A DNA stretch of 64,000 bases from Rhina ancylostomus (taxonomy: Eukaryota). Made by a program: the position numbers and the translations under genes. A model generated the notes under the pieces. It had not been told where the DNA came from. It worked only from the letters and a program-made list of their open reading frames with translations, and ran no database searches. Shown here in pieces: positions 39,171 through 53,016 of the stretch (its first letter is position 1; each line of letters starts with the position of its first letter). The stretch covers positions 89,531,459-89,595,458 of the forward strand of contig JARFYF010000074.1 of the NCBI GenBank assembly GCA_030265395.1. Direction: 5' to 3'.

Positions 39171-41754
39171 CAAATATACTGAATTGACTTAATTGGCTTC
39201 TTCCATTGCTCAACAGTTTCATGACCGTGCAGCATTTTTGAAATGCAAAATTACTGCATACCTAAGCCACAAAATCAAGAGCTTATATCAGATAACTGAT
39301 ATATACTGAAGTCAGCATTTAAAAAAGAGTTACGCTGGTCTCCTTTCTTTAGCAGGTCTAGGAAGATAATGATTATTCTGCTTTGTAAACTGGAGTTTAG
39401 TTAATCTTGGAGCCTTACTTGTTTTCAGTTTTTTAGTGAATGGGTTTACATGAATCTATTACGTTCGAGCAGGTCAATAATAACATTTGCAGGATGAATT
39501 CTGGAAAGGAATGGATGACTGCAAAGCGAGGAAATCCTACACCTTTCATCATTCACCGTCAATAATAAATGGGCAATAATAATCTCTGTTGATATTCCAT
39601 TGATGCCAACACAATACTCTTAATAGTAATAAGATGCACAAGGAGAAAGTGAATAACACATCTTGCTGTGCACTTATGTTAGAACAAAAGTATCATGCAT
39701 AACTTGCCTTGATATTATAATATTACACAACTCCTTTAGTACATTAGTGACACATGAAATTTTGCCTTCCTTTTTCAGTTTGTATGTTCTAAATAGTTAG
39801 CAGCAGAATCTTGTTTTGCCTGTGTATTGAGGAAGAACAAAAATTAATACGGAATAAAAATGAATATGGCAAATGAAGGGTTGAGGAAGGGCATTACCAG
39901 TTTTCCAGATGCAATGTGTAATATTCAAAGGTTTATATTTACACTGCATATTTTCACCTCCATAATATCTCCTGTCTTTGCCCTGCTGAAGTGCACCTTT
40001 GCCACTGAAACTCTCATCTGTCTTTTTAGTGTCTACAAATTTGAAAATGCAAGTGCTCTCGATGTTGGTCTCCCTCCCTCCATCCTTCATAAAGTTAAGT
40101 TTATCCAAAGCTTTACTTCCTGTAATTTACAACAAATCCAATTTGCCCATCACCCCAGTGCTTGCTGGTCTACATTAGCTCATGCACATTGGGCATACTT
40201 AAATTGCTACTTGCTTTGTATGATGTCTCTTTAAATCTTTGTTTCAGTAAATCATCTAATTGTAAATAAATTCTGCCAGTAGCTTTGGTCTGAAATGTGT
40301 CTACTGTTTGATATTTTATGACTTCCTGGTTGACAGGAAACATAATGGAAATCCTATGAAATTTCAAGCCAACAATTCATCCTGATCAAGACTAATTGAT
40401 AGACCCAAGGTACATTAAGTGAGTGTGGTAGAGAACAAGTGATACAGAGTTCAGATTGTTAAAGATGTGGTATATTTGTGGAAATTGTTATCAGGCTGTT
40501 AGCATGAGAAAAAGTTATTAGAAAAACCCTAAAATGTAATAAAAATAACATAGACAGAGTAATAATGATGGATACCAAACAGGATATGGAAGGAAATTTA
40601 GGAGGAAATGCCAAAGGTATAGTCAAAAAGGATTTCTAACATGGTCCTTTGAGAAAATAATTCTGACCACCTTAATGCAATTCCTTCTGGGATTAGACCA
40701 CAGTATAAAACTGCCCACAGTTCATATATTTTGGCAATCTTACTCAAAGAGGCCATAAGGAAGGCCAGTATGGAAAATCTTGTGCTATTACTCTTCTGAA
40801 GTTCTGGTCAAAGCACAATACTGTAGTAAAGTAGAGGAAATTTTTCTTTGCATTTAAGCATGCCATATTTGATAATGCTGCTTTACATGTGGAAAACCTA
40901 TTTGTGAAGATAAAACTTAATCAAAGTTTTAAAAAACTTGTATACGTAGAATAATCAAGAGTAGCATACTCTGTGGTTAATAGTTCATTATCCCGCTACA
41001 AGGATTTTAAAATATAGAAGGTAAAAAGGAACTTCTGATGTTAAAACTTACTTAACACTTTGTTATATCTACAAAAACAATTTCAGGCTTCAGGTGCTAA
41101 ATGAATATACAGACTGCAGGAGTGCAGCTCCAACTCCATAACAGTCCTGACTGCTCCCATATCTTATCTGGGACTCACAGTTGGTGGCCTGGAATTGCTG
41201 TCTTGGGAGCTTGCTGTGGAGTTTGTAATACAAGCTGAGGAAGCTCAAAGACCAATTTCCAGTAATCCTTGGTCTTTTGCACCAGCACTCCCTGAAACAG
41301 GCCCTGCTGAAATCTGCTTCAGTATTTTCAATTAGGTCAATGTTTTGCAGTTTCTAAAACACAGAATGATGTTAGCCCAGCCTGTTGTTTAGTGATATCT
41401 TTAGTAAAAATTTATAAATTTGTGTGATTTTTGTGTCTTTGCATACTGAGAAGCTTTGATACTTTTAAACAAGTGATGACAAGAGAATCACCTTTATTTT
41501 ATTCTAACCTCATAAATATTTTTGATGCTTATGTGCAATTTTCATATTTGTCTAAAAATGTTCATGAGTAATATCTTATGATACTGTCATAAAACATGGT
41601 CGATTTCTCAGGTGAAATAATTAAGCAAAATCAACAAAGGACTATCACTGCCATCTTTATGTGTGGTCAATTGCCTGGATTTTAGCTTGGCAGTAAACTT
41701 TGTGCAGAAAGAAAATACTGAAAATAAGAGCAGAGAATGTTGGTAAGTGGTATT

Positions 41755-41930
41755 AGTATAGATTGATGCTTGATGGTTAGCATGGGCATGGTGGGCTGAA
41801 GGGCCTGTTTCTGTGCTGTATGACACCAGGACTCCATGGGGATGCTGGAAATATTCAGCACATCAGGCAGCATCTGTGGAGGGAGGAGCAGAGTCAATGT
41901 TTCAGGTCACTGAAAGGTCATTAAATGAAA
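41755..41930. mobile_element. CR1-type tail followed by Penelope-repeat half
   Basis: gggctgaagggcctgtttctgtgctgtatgac, then gatgctggaaatattcagcacatcaggcagcatctgtgga. Confidence 0.7.
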
Positions 41931-42259
41931 ACATTGGCCAAAGCATGGTCAAGTGCATTTCGTGAATATGGAATACACTAGAGAGCAAAGACAAGCAGGT
42001 CTGGCCCTTGGACCATCGAATCCAGGGTAACCCTGGAACTTCCTGATCCAAAGAAAAGATATACTTCCTTCATGAAACTTCAACTTCACTCACCTTTGTT
42101 AAAAATATATATTTAGCTCAGTTTTTTGTTTATTTTTCTATATTTCATTATATTACTACTCTGGATAGGCTGGAACTGAGGCTTTGCGCTCATTGGGAGC
42201 AGCCCATCGACCCCTCCTCACCTACATCCACAACCCAGCCCCTCACCTCTTTATACTCT

Positions 42260-42360
42260 TGGTCCTGATGTAAGGTCTTGTCCTGAAACATCAGCTATCC
42301 CTTTGCCTTCACAAATGCTGCCTGACCCATTGAGTTCCTCCAGCAATTTGTTGTTTTGTT
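42260..42360 (+). mobile_element. Penelope pseudo-LTR fragment
   Basis: gtcctgatgtaaggtcttgtcctgaaacatc...atgctgcctgacccattgagttcctccagc. Confidence 0.75.
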
Positions 42361-42669
42361 GAGGAATAAGTTCCTCTGACTTTCATTTGGCTGTCTGGTT
42401 TCCAAGGCCTGGGAAGCCCAGCTAAAATGAGTTACAAAATAGAAGTGTCATTCCAGCATTTAAATGTATGATCCAGTCTGGCGAGCAGATTGATCGTCAA
42501 CTCCTGTTCTGCCTCCATCAAACCATGAGTTTTATTTTAATGCCTCATTCACACATAAGGTTCTAAGAGAGAATGCCAAACATTGTGAGGCCACCTCCCC
42601 AGGCTGCAGAATCTGGAACTTGAACTCATTGTTTTCAGGATAATGGGCTAGCCATGTAGAACAGAGAAA

Positions 42670-42885
42670 CGGAAAGGTTTCTTTACTTAGAAAGTTATAA
42701 ATCTATGAAATTCTCTAACCCAGAAGCTGTGCATGCTCCATTGATGAATAGATTCAAAGCTGAAGGCAATAAAATTTTAGGGTCCGTATGATTCAAAGGC
42801 TATGGGCATTGGGCAGCAAAGAGGGGCTGAGCTGAAGGATTAACCATGGTATTACTGAATAGTAGTGAAGGCTCAAGAGGCTTCA
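42670..42885 (+). mobile_element. old CR1 3' end
   Basis: ttctttacttagaaagttataaatctatgaaattctcta...attcaaagctgaa...ggctcaagaggc. Confidence 0.6.
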
Positions 42886-44379
42886 AGACCTAGATTCGTT
42901 TCCACTTCTTTTCACCTTATATCCATTTAATTTCCTTTTCAGGTGAGCCTGGATGTCTTCTTGAAAAAANNNNNNNNNNNNNNNNNNNNNNNNNNNNNNN
43001 NNNNNNNNNNNNNNNNNNNNNNNNNNNNNNNNNNNNNNNNNNNNNNNNNNNNNNNNNNNNNNNNNNNNNTGAAGCATACAGCCTTCTGCTTTAAAAATTT
43101 TTGGATTTTAATCTCAAGCACAATATCAACCCAACTATAACCAAGGGTTAATTTTAGCCCATTTTGACTTTTTATCTCAGGAAATCTCAGAAACTCACCA
43201 TACTGTATCTGTGAGAGCATGGAGCCTTAAAAATTCAAGATAAACATAAAGTTTAGCATTCTGTTATTTGATACCTCCATGAAGTTTTTTGTTTTTATGA
43301 ACACTTTCTGTTGCAGAATTTATAAATACAGATAAGAAAGGAAAACAATATTATTGTTTAGCTCAAGTACACTGGATTTGTGTCTGGATCCAAAAAAAAG
43401 ACTCCTTGACACCCACAAGAACTTCCCAAGGTGTAAAACTTATGATTTATGTGACAGCTGCATAAGAAGTGAAACTCGTTTGATGCTGAAAATGTGGGAA
43501 TTAAATTAGAGAATGGGAGTTGCAGATTTTAGTAGCTTGGGGCTGTCTGCTTTGTTTCCTTTTGGGGGATCACTGGTGGTACAGAAAATATAGCCAGTGT
43601 CAAATAGTGTGAGAGAGAAAAATGAACAGTTTAAAAAAAAGGGGTTGATAATAAACTATATTGGGAGAACAAGACAGAAAAAGGAAGAGGTAGAAAGATG
43701 GGAGAAAAATAAAGATAATTTATGTCCAGCAGAGGGGAAAGAATTACAAATAAAAACTTAAAAATGGAAAAAATATATACTTCCCAGGGCTGCTTTGCTG
43801 TGAGTTTAAAAATGTTGTCCCTGGATACTCACGAGGAGAATTTCAATGTGTATAAAATTCTTTAGAAATTGTGTAAATGTGAAAATGAAATAAAGGAATT
43901 ACAGATTCAGAATTTGGTATTTTGGGACTTAATTCCCATATCATCCAACACTTATTTTAACTGACATGTAAAACATGAAAAAAAACAGCAGCCACAGAGC
44001 TTAAGGATTGGCCATTTTACTTCTGTGTACGCCACATCAAGACACACTGGGACAATAGGAATTACTTACAATCTGAGCCGCCACACATAATAAATTTAGC
44101 ACTGTGCAGATTCATTATGTGAGCTTTACATTTACATTATGTATTAACAGCATAAAATATAATTAACTCAATTATGTTACTATTTTCTACAGCTATTCCA
44201 TCCATTGCAATAGAAGAACAGAAGTAGACTATTCAGCCCCTCATGTTTGATTGTTGTCTATGTTAATTTCATTTACCCATATGTTCCATAGCCCTTGATA
44301 CCTTGCAGAACATCAGACATTGGTCTTATTACAAGACATCAAAGTCCAAGCTCAAAAGTGACATTCCAATTTTTAATGC

Positions 44380-44600
44380 TAAAGCAAAATACCATAAATA
44401 TTGGAAATATGAAACAAAAACAAAAAAAGCTGGGAATAGTCAACAAATCAGGCAGCATCTGTTGAGAATAAAATAGAGGTAGCATTTAAGGTTACTGAAT
44501 ATTTATCACAACATCTGACAAAAGGTCATCAACCTGAAACTTCCATTCTGTTTCTCTGTCCACAGGTGCTATTTGAACTGCTGTGTATTTCCAGCTTTTT
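44380..44600. mobile_element. palindromic MER6-like/Penelope-repeat hairpin
   Basis: Left arm gctgggaatagtcaacaaatcaggcagcatctg mirrors right arm caggtgctatttgaactgctgtgtatttccagc; centre ctgacaaaaggtcatcaacctgaaac. Confidence 0.7.
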
Positions 44601-45104
44601 TTCAGTCAAGCCTTTGTATATTGGATGACAAGAGTGGCTTAAGTGGCAGAGAATTCTTTCTGCAAGGAATTCTTCTGCTGATGGTTCACTTGAAAATGTA
44701 ACTAAGTATCCTCTGTTTCTCTATAGTAATATAATCTGCTGCAGCATGGCAACAAATGGCACCAAGCATTAACTAGATATATCTTTGCTCATTTAATCAT
44801 GATGATATTTTGCGCTGTAACTTTCTGAAAGTAAGCTCACACTGTTACTGCGACCAGGTACGTGGGACGAAACTGAACAGGGCAAACAACTCCATATTTC
44901 TTTAACCAACCAGACTGAAGAATCGTGAAGTTAACAACCCTACTACTGAGCAGTATGTCTAAATTAGCATGTGTGAATTCAACGTCAAGTCAGATATATT
45001 AAAGAGCAGGAGAGAAAGAAAAGTTGGACTTGGATATAAAGCAACAGGATGAAATGATAAGTTTTATTTAAGTCTTCAACAATTAAAACATGCAAGAATC
45101 TTAT

Positions 45105-45290
45105 TGAATCATACAATCGTACAGCACAAAACACCCCGTCCATGCCAACCATGATGCCGATCTGTGCTAATCCCATTTGCCTGCGTTAGACCCATCTCCT
45201 TCCATGCCTTTCCTATCTGAGTACCTGTCCAAGTGCCTTTTAATTATTTTGATTCTATCATCATCTACCACCTCCTCTGACAGTGAATTC
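45105..45290 (-). mobile_element. CR1 3' end
   Basis: atcatacaatcgtacagcaca...gtccatgccaaccatgatgcc...ctaatcccatttgcctgc. Confidence 0.75.
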
Positions 45291-46589
45291 TCATTGTTAA
45301 GAAGTTTGATAATTGTCACATCATTAAAAGGGCACTTAGACTGAAGTGAACAAGACTTACAATTTTGAGAGGAGTTTTGTTCATTTTCACAAAGTTAACA
45401 GCATCTTGCTCAGCAGTTTTGGATTTCTGCAATTAACATGTATCTCGACATGTCTGAAGTTGTATTTGAATAGCATTGAACACCATTAGCCTCACTCTAA
45501 TTTTGAGGCAAATGATGGTCTGGTCAGTTTTGAAGGGAAATTAGCAACATTTAATAATATATTTAAATTATAAGAAATAATTTAATATAACCTATAAAAT
45601 CATAGGTTACTTGCAAGGTGATACATTTCAATAGCTCTTCAAATGACTGATACTTTCTAAGTATCAGAAATGTATTGATTGTTTGTGACTAATATTTGCT
45701 GTACCAGAGAGCAGATATAAAATCTGCTTCAAATAGTTCTTAATCAACAGATGTACAACACTAAAAAAAATTGATTCAAACCACTGAGCACATATGTTCC
45801 ACTATTACTTTAAATTGTGGTTTACTACTTGGACTATAATGCTTAAATCCTTTGATTAACTAACTGCTAAACTTAAAAATAACATCAAAAGATGTTTTCA
45901 ACCCCAAAATAATTTAGTCATCAATATTAAATGCAGTAAAGCTGTACCAAAGGCTAGCCAATTCTACATTGATCTCTAAACCACCAGGGAGTCATCAACA
46001 TTTGATGAATTGTTTCAAAAGACCACCATGTATGAGGGACCACCTACAAATAGCTATTATCACATCATTGAAATTAGTCACTAAGCAACATGAATAACAA
46101 CCTGCAAAAGAAAGAGAACACCAAAATCATAAAGCCACAAAGCTATCTCAAATTTACAGATATGCTTGTTCATGAAGTACAGATAAATGGCACCCCTCCA
46201 CTAAAGAATTATGGACAAAAGTTGGTGGATAATCCCTTGGTGAATGGATATTTTCTTTCCAAGATGTAAATGTTACCAAAGCCACCAAACAGATAATTAG
46301 ATCAAAATACTGACATTGCTTGAATTATTTCATATTCATTGGCAAGTTGATTTTGAGCTCATTCCAATTGACATTATATGTGTACACATGTATAATAAGT
46401 GGAAAGTTTGCAGTTATTGTTACCTTAAAAGTCATCTATAAGGGTAAAGCACATATGTAGAAAGAATTTGCAATGGCCCGAACTTTTAATTCAGCAATAT
46501 AAAAAGTGTAGATTTTAATTTGCAAATTGGTCATGTTAAAGGAATTTTATAACAGTGACATCAACTTGTTCGCTAGCTTGTATTTATTT

Positions 46590-47380
46590 ACAGGATGTGG
46601 ATGTCGTTGGCAAGGCCATCATTTGTTTCCCATCCCTAATTATCCTTGAGAAGTTAGTGGTAAACCACCTTCTGAACCACTGCAGCCTCACCAATGAAGA
46701 TATTCCCACAATACTGTTGAATAGAGAGTTTGAAGATCTGGACAGAATGATAATGAAGGAATGGTAACATATTTCAAGCTCATGGTGCTACATGACTTAG
46801 AGTGAGATCTGGAGGTGGTGATGTTCCCATGAGGCTCTTATCAGAGTCTATGGTACAGGCTGCAGGTTTGGGAGGAGCTGTCAAAGTAGTTGCTGAGGCA
46901 AGTAACTGCAGTGCATTTTGACAAAGTGCTGCAGCCACAGTGGCAGAGGTGATGAATAATGAAGTTGGTGGATTTGGGTTCCAAATAAGTAGGTTACATT
47001 GTCCCAAATGATTTGGAGTTGTCTGAGTGATGGAGCTGCATTCATCCAGGCAAGTGGAGTGTCACAATGTTGATCCAGATCAAAGTCACAGAGAACCCAA
47101 ATGCGGCACACCAATACAAGACTGGAGTCAGGGTACTTCCTCAGGACAAACACAGGCAATAACTGGAAGGAATCTTGCCTTGGAGATCAGNNNNNNNNNN
47201 NNNNNNNNNNNNNNNNNNNNNNNNNNNNNNNNNNNNNNNNNNNNNNNNNNNNNNNNNNNNNNNNNNNNNNNNNNNNNNNNNNNNNNNNNNATGGAATCCA
47301 TGTGCTGGACAACAAGGCATTAATGGAGCCAAATTGAGGACCAGAACTCAGAACCATGACATGGAGAATATTTCATCAGT
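46590..47380 (-). mobile_element. L2/CR1-clade LINE 3' end, host of the LTR at 47060
   Basis: ggatgtggatgtcgttggcaaggccatcatttgtttcccatccctaatt (tail reverse complement); gagctgcattcatccaggcaagtggag|...|tggagaatatttcatca continuity. Confidence 0.7.
47060..47361 (-). mobile_element. solo-LTR-like element with internal gap
   Basis: TGTCA...TGACA ends; perfect 5-bp TSD TGGAG (47055-59, 47362-66). Confidence 0.9.
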
Positions 47381-47382
47381 AA

Positions 47383-47703
47383 TACACTTGGAGTATTGTG
47401 CACCAAACGGTCAACATATTTAAAAAATATTAGCATTGGAGGCAGTCCAAAAGAAGTACATTAGGCTAATTCCTGGGATGAGAGAATTGACCTATCACTA
47501 ACAGCTAAAGAAGTTGGATCTATATTCTTTGGCGTTTCTTATTGAAACTTGTAATATCCTGAGATGGCATGACAGGCTAGATGTCAAGAAGTTTCCACTA
47601 GTGTGAGAGGGAACATTGTTACAGGATTAAGAGGCAGTCATTTAAAACCAAGGTACGTTGGAACTTCTTGCAGAGGGTGGTAAATCTCCAGAATTCTCTA
47701 CCC
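47383..47703 (+). mobile_element. CR1 3' ORF2 fragment
   Basis: HLEYCA..., ttggaggcagtccaaaagaagtacattaggctaattcctgggatg, agagggtggtaaatctccagaattctcta. Confidence 0.75.
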
Positions 47704-48059
47704 TTATTATGTTTCTGCACCTGAAAGAAATATCTTTTCTTTTTAAGTGACAGCCACACCTCCTATCTCCATGAAAACTTTGGTATGCAAATGTATATAA
47801 AGGATGATGTGTAATCTTTTATTATGATGATATGACTAATCTCAGCTGGTCAGGAGAGGTAGTACTTTTGTAGAAAGAATTTAGATCCGCCTGAGCTTTC
47901 CACATTACATGCCAGAAGCAACCTAAAGTGTCCAAATTAACATTCATCACTTAATAAGAAAAGCAGTTTTGCAATTCCCTAAGAATGGTGCTCTTGAAGA
48001 AAACTCATACCTGAATAATCACCCTGAATTTTACATACCAGCCATTTTGCTTACTGTAG

Positions 48060-48890
48060 AACAAAAATTGTTGACAAGATCTCCTTGAAAGTCAGAGCTG
48101 TATTGGTGACATTTAGCAAATAGTGATAATATTATACGTCAGCAAGACTCTTGGTTACTGCAAATAAATTCAATTTGCAGCTTGTGTATGAGAAACAGAA
48201 GTCGTTTCCTTCAGCTGTCATCATTGGGATGGCAAGGTTTGAAGCCAATGTGTTCTTTGTTAAGAAGCTGTTTGTTGTCAGTCTGATGGGAAGAGCTTGG
48301 CTCTCAGAGTTTCAACCTTATTGTAATGATATGTCAACAACTCAGCAGTCGTCCCTGCAGAGGAGATTGAAAGGATACAACTTAACACCAGGGTGCTGAT
48401 TGTAATTTGGCTCTTAGTTGAGCTTTATTTCAGTGATATAAGTTTTTTTCAAATGACGCATATATTCCTGAATAAAACAGTAATGAGTCCATTTATAGGT
48501 TGAAACAAAGCTTATGTAATACCAGCTGAAAGCTGAATCTATTTAAGGTTTCCTTTAGCCTGAAGACTCATTGCAGCTGGCATTGTGGTAGACAAAAAGA
48601 ACTAGGATTGAGGCCAAGCAATTACCAGCTTTGGCACCAAGATGAATGCTAGTGCAACATTTGAAAACCATTTGGCTTCACCATACTTCTCAGGGTGGCC
48701 TGCCTTATGACTACAACAACTGGAAAAAGAGCTAGTTGGCATCTGAATGGTACATGTAGATTACTGTGTCTGACAGAAGGCTTCTAGCAACCATGTTGAG
48801 CTGAGGGAAGAGTTGCAGAGCAGGTTCACATCAAGTTACTGAGTACCTTGACTTTGGTTATATCAGCATTCTTGTTACATGATTGAATGA
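48060..48890 (+). mobile_element. very old Gypsy-like pol fossil (protease to RT)
   Basis: LFVV-SLMGRAWL (protease C-terminal SLLGRDWL pattern), IAAGIVVDKK (WAAPIVxVxK), YISILVT (YLDDILVT) in the expected order. Confidence 0.4.
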
Positions 48891-49849
48891 AAGTTGTACT
48901 CCAGCCTCACAATATTATTTGCCAAGATTATTAGTTTTCATAAAATGATGGAGTGACTGAAATGATTGTGATTCAGATCTAATACATTCCAAAGCTAAAA
49001 CCAATTTGGTGCATGAATGAAGACCAGCAATCTGTCTGTTATATCAATAAAAATTGTTTGTAAATTACAAGGAATCATCCATCACCAATTTTATTGTCAC
49101 TCAATCATTTGACCCATATATAATTGGAGTGCTGTTTTATTGGCAATTTGACTGAAGACTGTTGAAACATAAATACCAGGGAATAAAGTGAATCATTCAT
49201 GGATCCTTGAAAATAATATCCTGATAACTGATATATTTAAGAAGTGATGTGCCATATACAATTTAGACAGTTTGATCAGGCACTTGAGTTGCTGTTCTCA
49301 TGAAATAACGCACTTGTACTGCCTTTTCTACACATGCCAACATGAATTAATAATAGAGAACCAAAACCAAATGAGTTATTGTAAAACTCAGAAATGAATT
49401 CAAAAAAATCTCAGAAGTAAATTCAAATCTTTAGATTTCCTTTGCTTTTGAAGCTTCTCTTNNNNNNNNNNNNNNNNNNNNNNNNNNNNNNNNNNNNNNN
49501 NNNNNNNNNNNNNNNNNNNNNNNNNNNNNNNNNNNNNNNNNNNNNNNNNNNNNNNNNNNNNNNNNNNNNNNNNNNNNNNNNNNNNNNNNNNNNNNNNNNN
49601 NNNNNNNNNNNNNNNNNNNNNNNNNNNNNNNNNNNNNNNNNNNNNNNNNNNNNNNNNNNNNNNNNNNNNNNNNNNNNNNNNNNNNNNNNNNNNNNNNNNN
49701 NNNNNNNNNNNNNNNNNNNNNNNNNNNNNNNNNNNNNNNNNNNNNNNNNNNNNNNNNNNNNNNNNNNNNNNNNNNNNNNNNNNNNNNNNNNNNNNNNNNN
49801 NNNNNNNNNNNNNNNNNNNNNNNNNNNNNNNNNNNNNNNNNNNNNNNNN

Positions 49850-50032
49850 TTTACTCTAGAGCAGTTCTGTGTTCTCTATTCCTTTGTGAAGATCCAGTTC
49901 GTGTTGGGATTCCTCTTCTGATCTCCAAGGCAAGATATCTTCCAGTTCCTGCTTGCGTTTGTCCTGAGGAAGTATCCTGACTCCAGTCTTGTATCGGTGT
50001 GCCACATTTGGGTTCTCTGTGACATTGTGACA
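49850..50032 (+). mobile_element. 3' half of solo-LTR-like element, 5' half in gap
   Basis: actctagagcagtt...ccaaggcaagat...cctgaggaagta...gactccagtctt...tttgggttctctgtgacattgtgaca. Confidence 0.85.
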
Positions 50033-52099
50033 CTTATATTCTTCTCTTTACATCGCAACACTTGACAATTGAATTATTTCAGGTATCTCAGAGCTGCAAA
50101 CTGACTAGATAGTGGAAGAAGAGCAAGAAGTCAAAGATGGTGCAGAATCAGCATTCCATGGTTACACCCCACTAGCCACCAGCTCCAATACTAGCACTAC
50201 ATGTATAGATTGTTTTGTCCAGCTTGTGGATCATGAGGTTGACAAGTTGATCATTTCTCTGGTGCAGCCTACAGAGAAGCATGTACAATGAAATACATGT
50301 TGCATGAGAAAGTCTTTCAGTAAAACTGTGGGCAATGTGAAGGAGCATGGATAAGCCCAATAGCAACTTGGAATGGGCTTTGAACAAGCTGGAGCTCATC
50401 CTTTCCCATATGGATGTGCTGACCAACTCCATTGCAGTAGACATTCTAATACCTAAGTGCTGCAGTGGTGTTCACTGTCTTCATCCATCATCAGCTTACT
50501 GCAATGTTCACTTTGCCTTCAATGTTCAAGGGTCTTGCAAGTTGTCATAGACAATCCAGTAGTCACCTTCCAACAGATTACCAGCACTGGTGAGGCACTG
50601 CCTCAAGCTTAGCATTAGCTCCATGAAGCATGATCTTGCTTTCCTCTATCAGGATTTCAGCATTTCTAATACGATCCTTGACGTGTCACCGCTCCTCCCT
50701 GCTATTGCCTGTCAGATGGCCAGACTATACTGTGTGCTGAGATGGTGCAATCCAAAGCCAGGGCTCCAGGCTCCGAACTGCCTAGGGTCACGGTCCATAA
50801 CATTCTGTGTTGCAGCCACTACCCCACTGCCGAGAAACACAAGGATAAGTAAAGGCACACATAAAAGAGGCATCAGGAGATTTGCAAGGATAATTAAGTT
50901 TTATTTGCAATATGGTATGAATTATTACATAGATTTAATTTGGGATATTTATTTGATAGTTTTTATTCTTGCATTGCAACAAAGCAGGTATTGCGCTGAT
51001 CACCTTTGCTGAAAGGAACATTGATTTGAGTTTACTCCATTTCATATCCTCTTCCTCATTTATATCCTTCTTCTACATGCCATGCTACATGTGGCAGTGA
51101 CTGCCCCCATGATGGCAAGATGGTTAACTTGCAGCAGGTCACCATGAATCATGGCACCAAATCAGCTGACTAGTGTGAGGCCCCACCTGAATTGTCCAGG
51201 CAACAGAAACACTGAGCATGCCAATGGTTTGCTCTGTCAGATTTCACGTGGCAGTGTAGCTTTCTGCACTTGTATTCCTCACTCCCGTGCAAACAATGAA
51301 ATCTGAGTTTCTTTGGTGGAAATTTGCTGATACCATGAGCAAGTTTTGTCATTTTTATGTTAGTTTTATGTTAAAAGTAGATTCCAACTTCAATACCTGT
51401 GGATAACCAATCATGGAATGTTTTTGAAGGGCTCTCATTCTTCAGAATCCCTGAACATTGCTCTCTGGGGCTGAAATTAAAGGAGTGTGAAATTCCAGTG
51501 GACTGATTCCACTGGTACAAGTCTAGTGGAGCAGGACTTCCAATGATCAAAGACAGTTGGCTCATCCCAAATCTTGTAGCTGCTCTTACTAGGACAAATC
51601 TAGAAACAACAAAAATGAAAGCTATTAAGTCTTCAGCTCCTTAGGGAGCAGAATTTTGTTTTTTAATGATTATTGACATTGATTACCTTAGCCTTGGCGG
51701 GCTTTTTCAGGGATTTTGCTGGAACTTATACCAGCTAAATCTTGTTCTGTTGTGCAGGGCAGCTCTCGACCTCTTCCTCATTAGTTTGACATGTGCTTCT
51801 TTGCACGGGCTTTGCTTTTACTGCTACTAGAATTTCCATCATACCGAAACATGGGATAGTATTTTAATTGATATTTTACTGATGCACTAAAATTTCTTGG
51901 AATGTGCAGTCAATGATAGACATGATAAATAATTTGACACCAATATTTTATGGAAAATCAAATTGAATACAAGGCTAAATCAGTACATGCAACTGTTTGT
52001 TCTTTCACTGAACAACAGTGAATTCAGCAGGAGTGTAGTGACTATTACGAAGACCACCAGTCCTCCCTGAAAGCTTTATGCTAATAGCATCCCATTCAT

Positions 52100-52415
52100 A
52101 TAGAGCATAAAGTACGGAAACAGACCCTTCTGCCTAATGAGTCCATTTGACCATGAGGCACCCATTTACACTAATGCCATTTTATTCTGCCCCATACTCT
52201 CATCAACTCCCCCAAGGGTCTATCACTCATCTACACTGAGGGCAATTTCAGTGGCTATTTACTCAATGCATCTTTGAGATGTGGGAGGCAATTGGAGCAC
52301 CCAGAGGAAACTGACACAGTCACGGGGGGAATGTACAAGCTCCACACAGACAGGGGCCGAGGTCAGTACTGAACCCTGTGAGGCAGTGGCTCTACTAGCT
52401 TTGCCACTGTGCCAT
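52100..52415 (-). mobile_element. tRNA-derived V-type SINE, older subfamily
   Basis: gatgtgggaggcaattggagcacccagaggaaac...ctccacacagaca...gaaccctgtgaggcagtggctctac; CR1-type tail at left. Confidence 0.8.
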
Positions 52416-52689
52416 TTGAATGGGGTCACTGGTCTGTGAAAATAGGTGAGTACAAATAAATGCTTTACTTGTTTAACTTAATATTTTAGCTGTATGAGCT
52501 ATTTAAAAACATTTCAAAAAAATTTTGATGGTTGTCAGGATACACTGCCTGAGGAGCCTTCTCTACCTTACAGATACCTGTCAGGTATGGAGGGTCAGTG
52601 AGATTGGTTCATATGGGCACTCAGGGACCTCAGACTGGAAGTCTGGACAGCAGCCGAGATCCAGGTCAATCTAACCCAGCATCTCAATT

Positions 52690-52947
52690 GGGCATTAGTT
52701 ATGATGACATTAAACTACTGAACTATTATAAAACCCCATGTGGTTCTTTAATATCCTACAGGGGATGATCTAATCTGCCAACCTCACCCAGGCTGGCTTA
52801 TGTGTATCTCAAAACCCACCAATGTGGTGACACTTCAGTGCCTCTGAAATGGCCTTCCAATCCATTCAGTTCAAGGGCAATTAGTGATGGGAAATAAATG
52901 TTGGCCTTGCAACCAATGTCAAGATCTTGAAAAATGAATGAATAAAG
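52690..52947 (+). mobile_element. SINE-like element with the L2/CR1-clade LINE tail
   Basis: tggttctttaatatcc...aatctgcc...cctctgaaatggcc...caagggcaattagtgatgggaaataaatgttggccttgc. Confidence 0.7.
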
Positions 52948-53016
52948 ATCTCCATTTCTGTTCAAGACTATGGTGACTGGAAGATCATGACGTTTGCATT
53001 AATTTTCTCATTTCAG

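Noticed and set aside
49442-49921. ORFs spanning N runs (also 8375, 27995, 33237, 47027, 54020 etc.)
   Set aside because: Artefacts of translating assembly gaps
47060-50032. Full-length LTR retrotransposon (LTR-pol-LTR)
   Set aside because: The LTR copies are inverted relative to each other, and the left copy has its own TGGAG TSD
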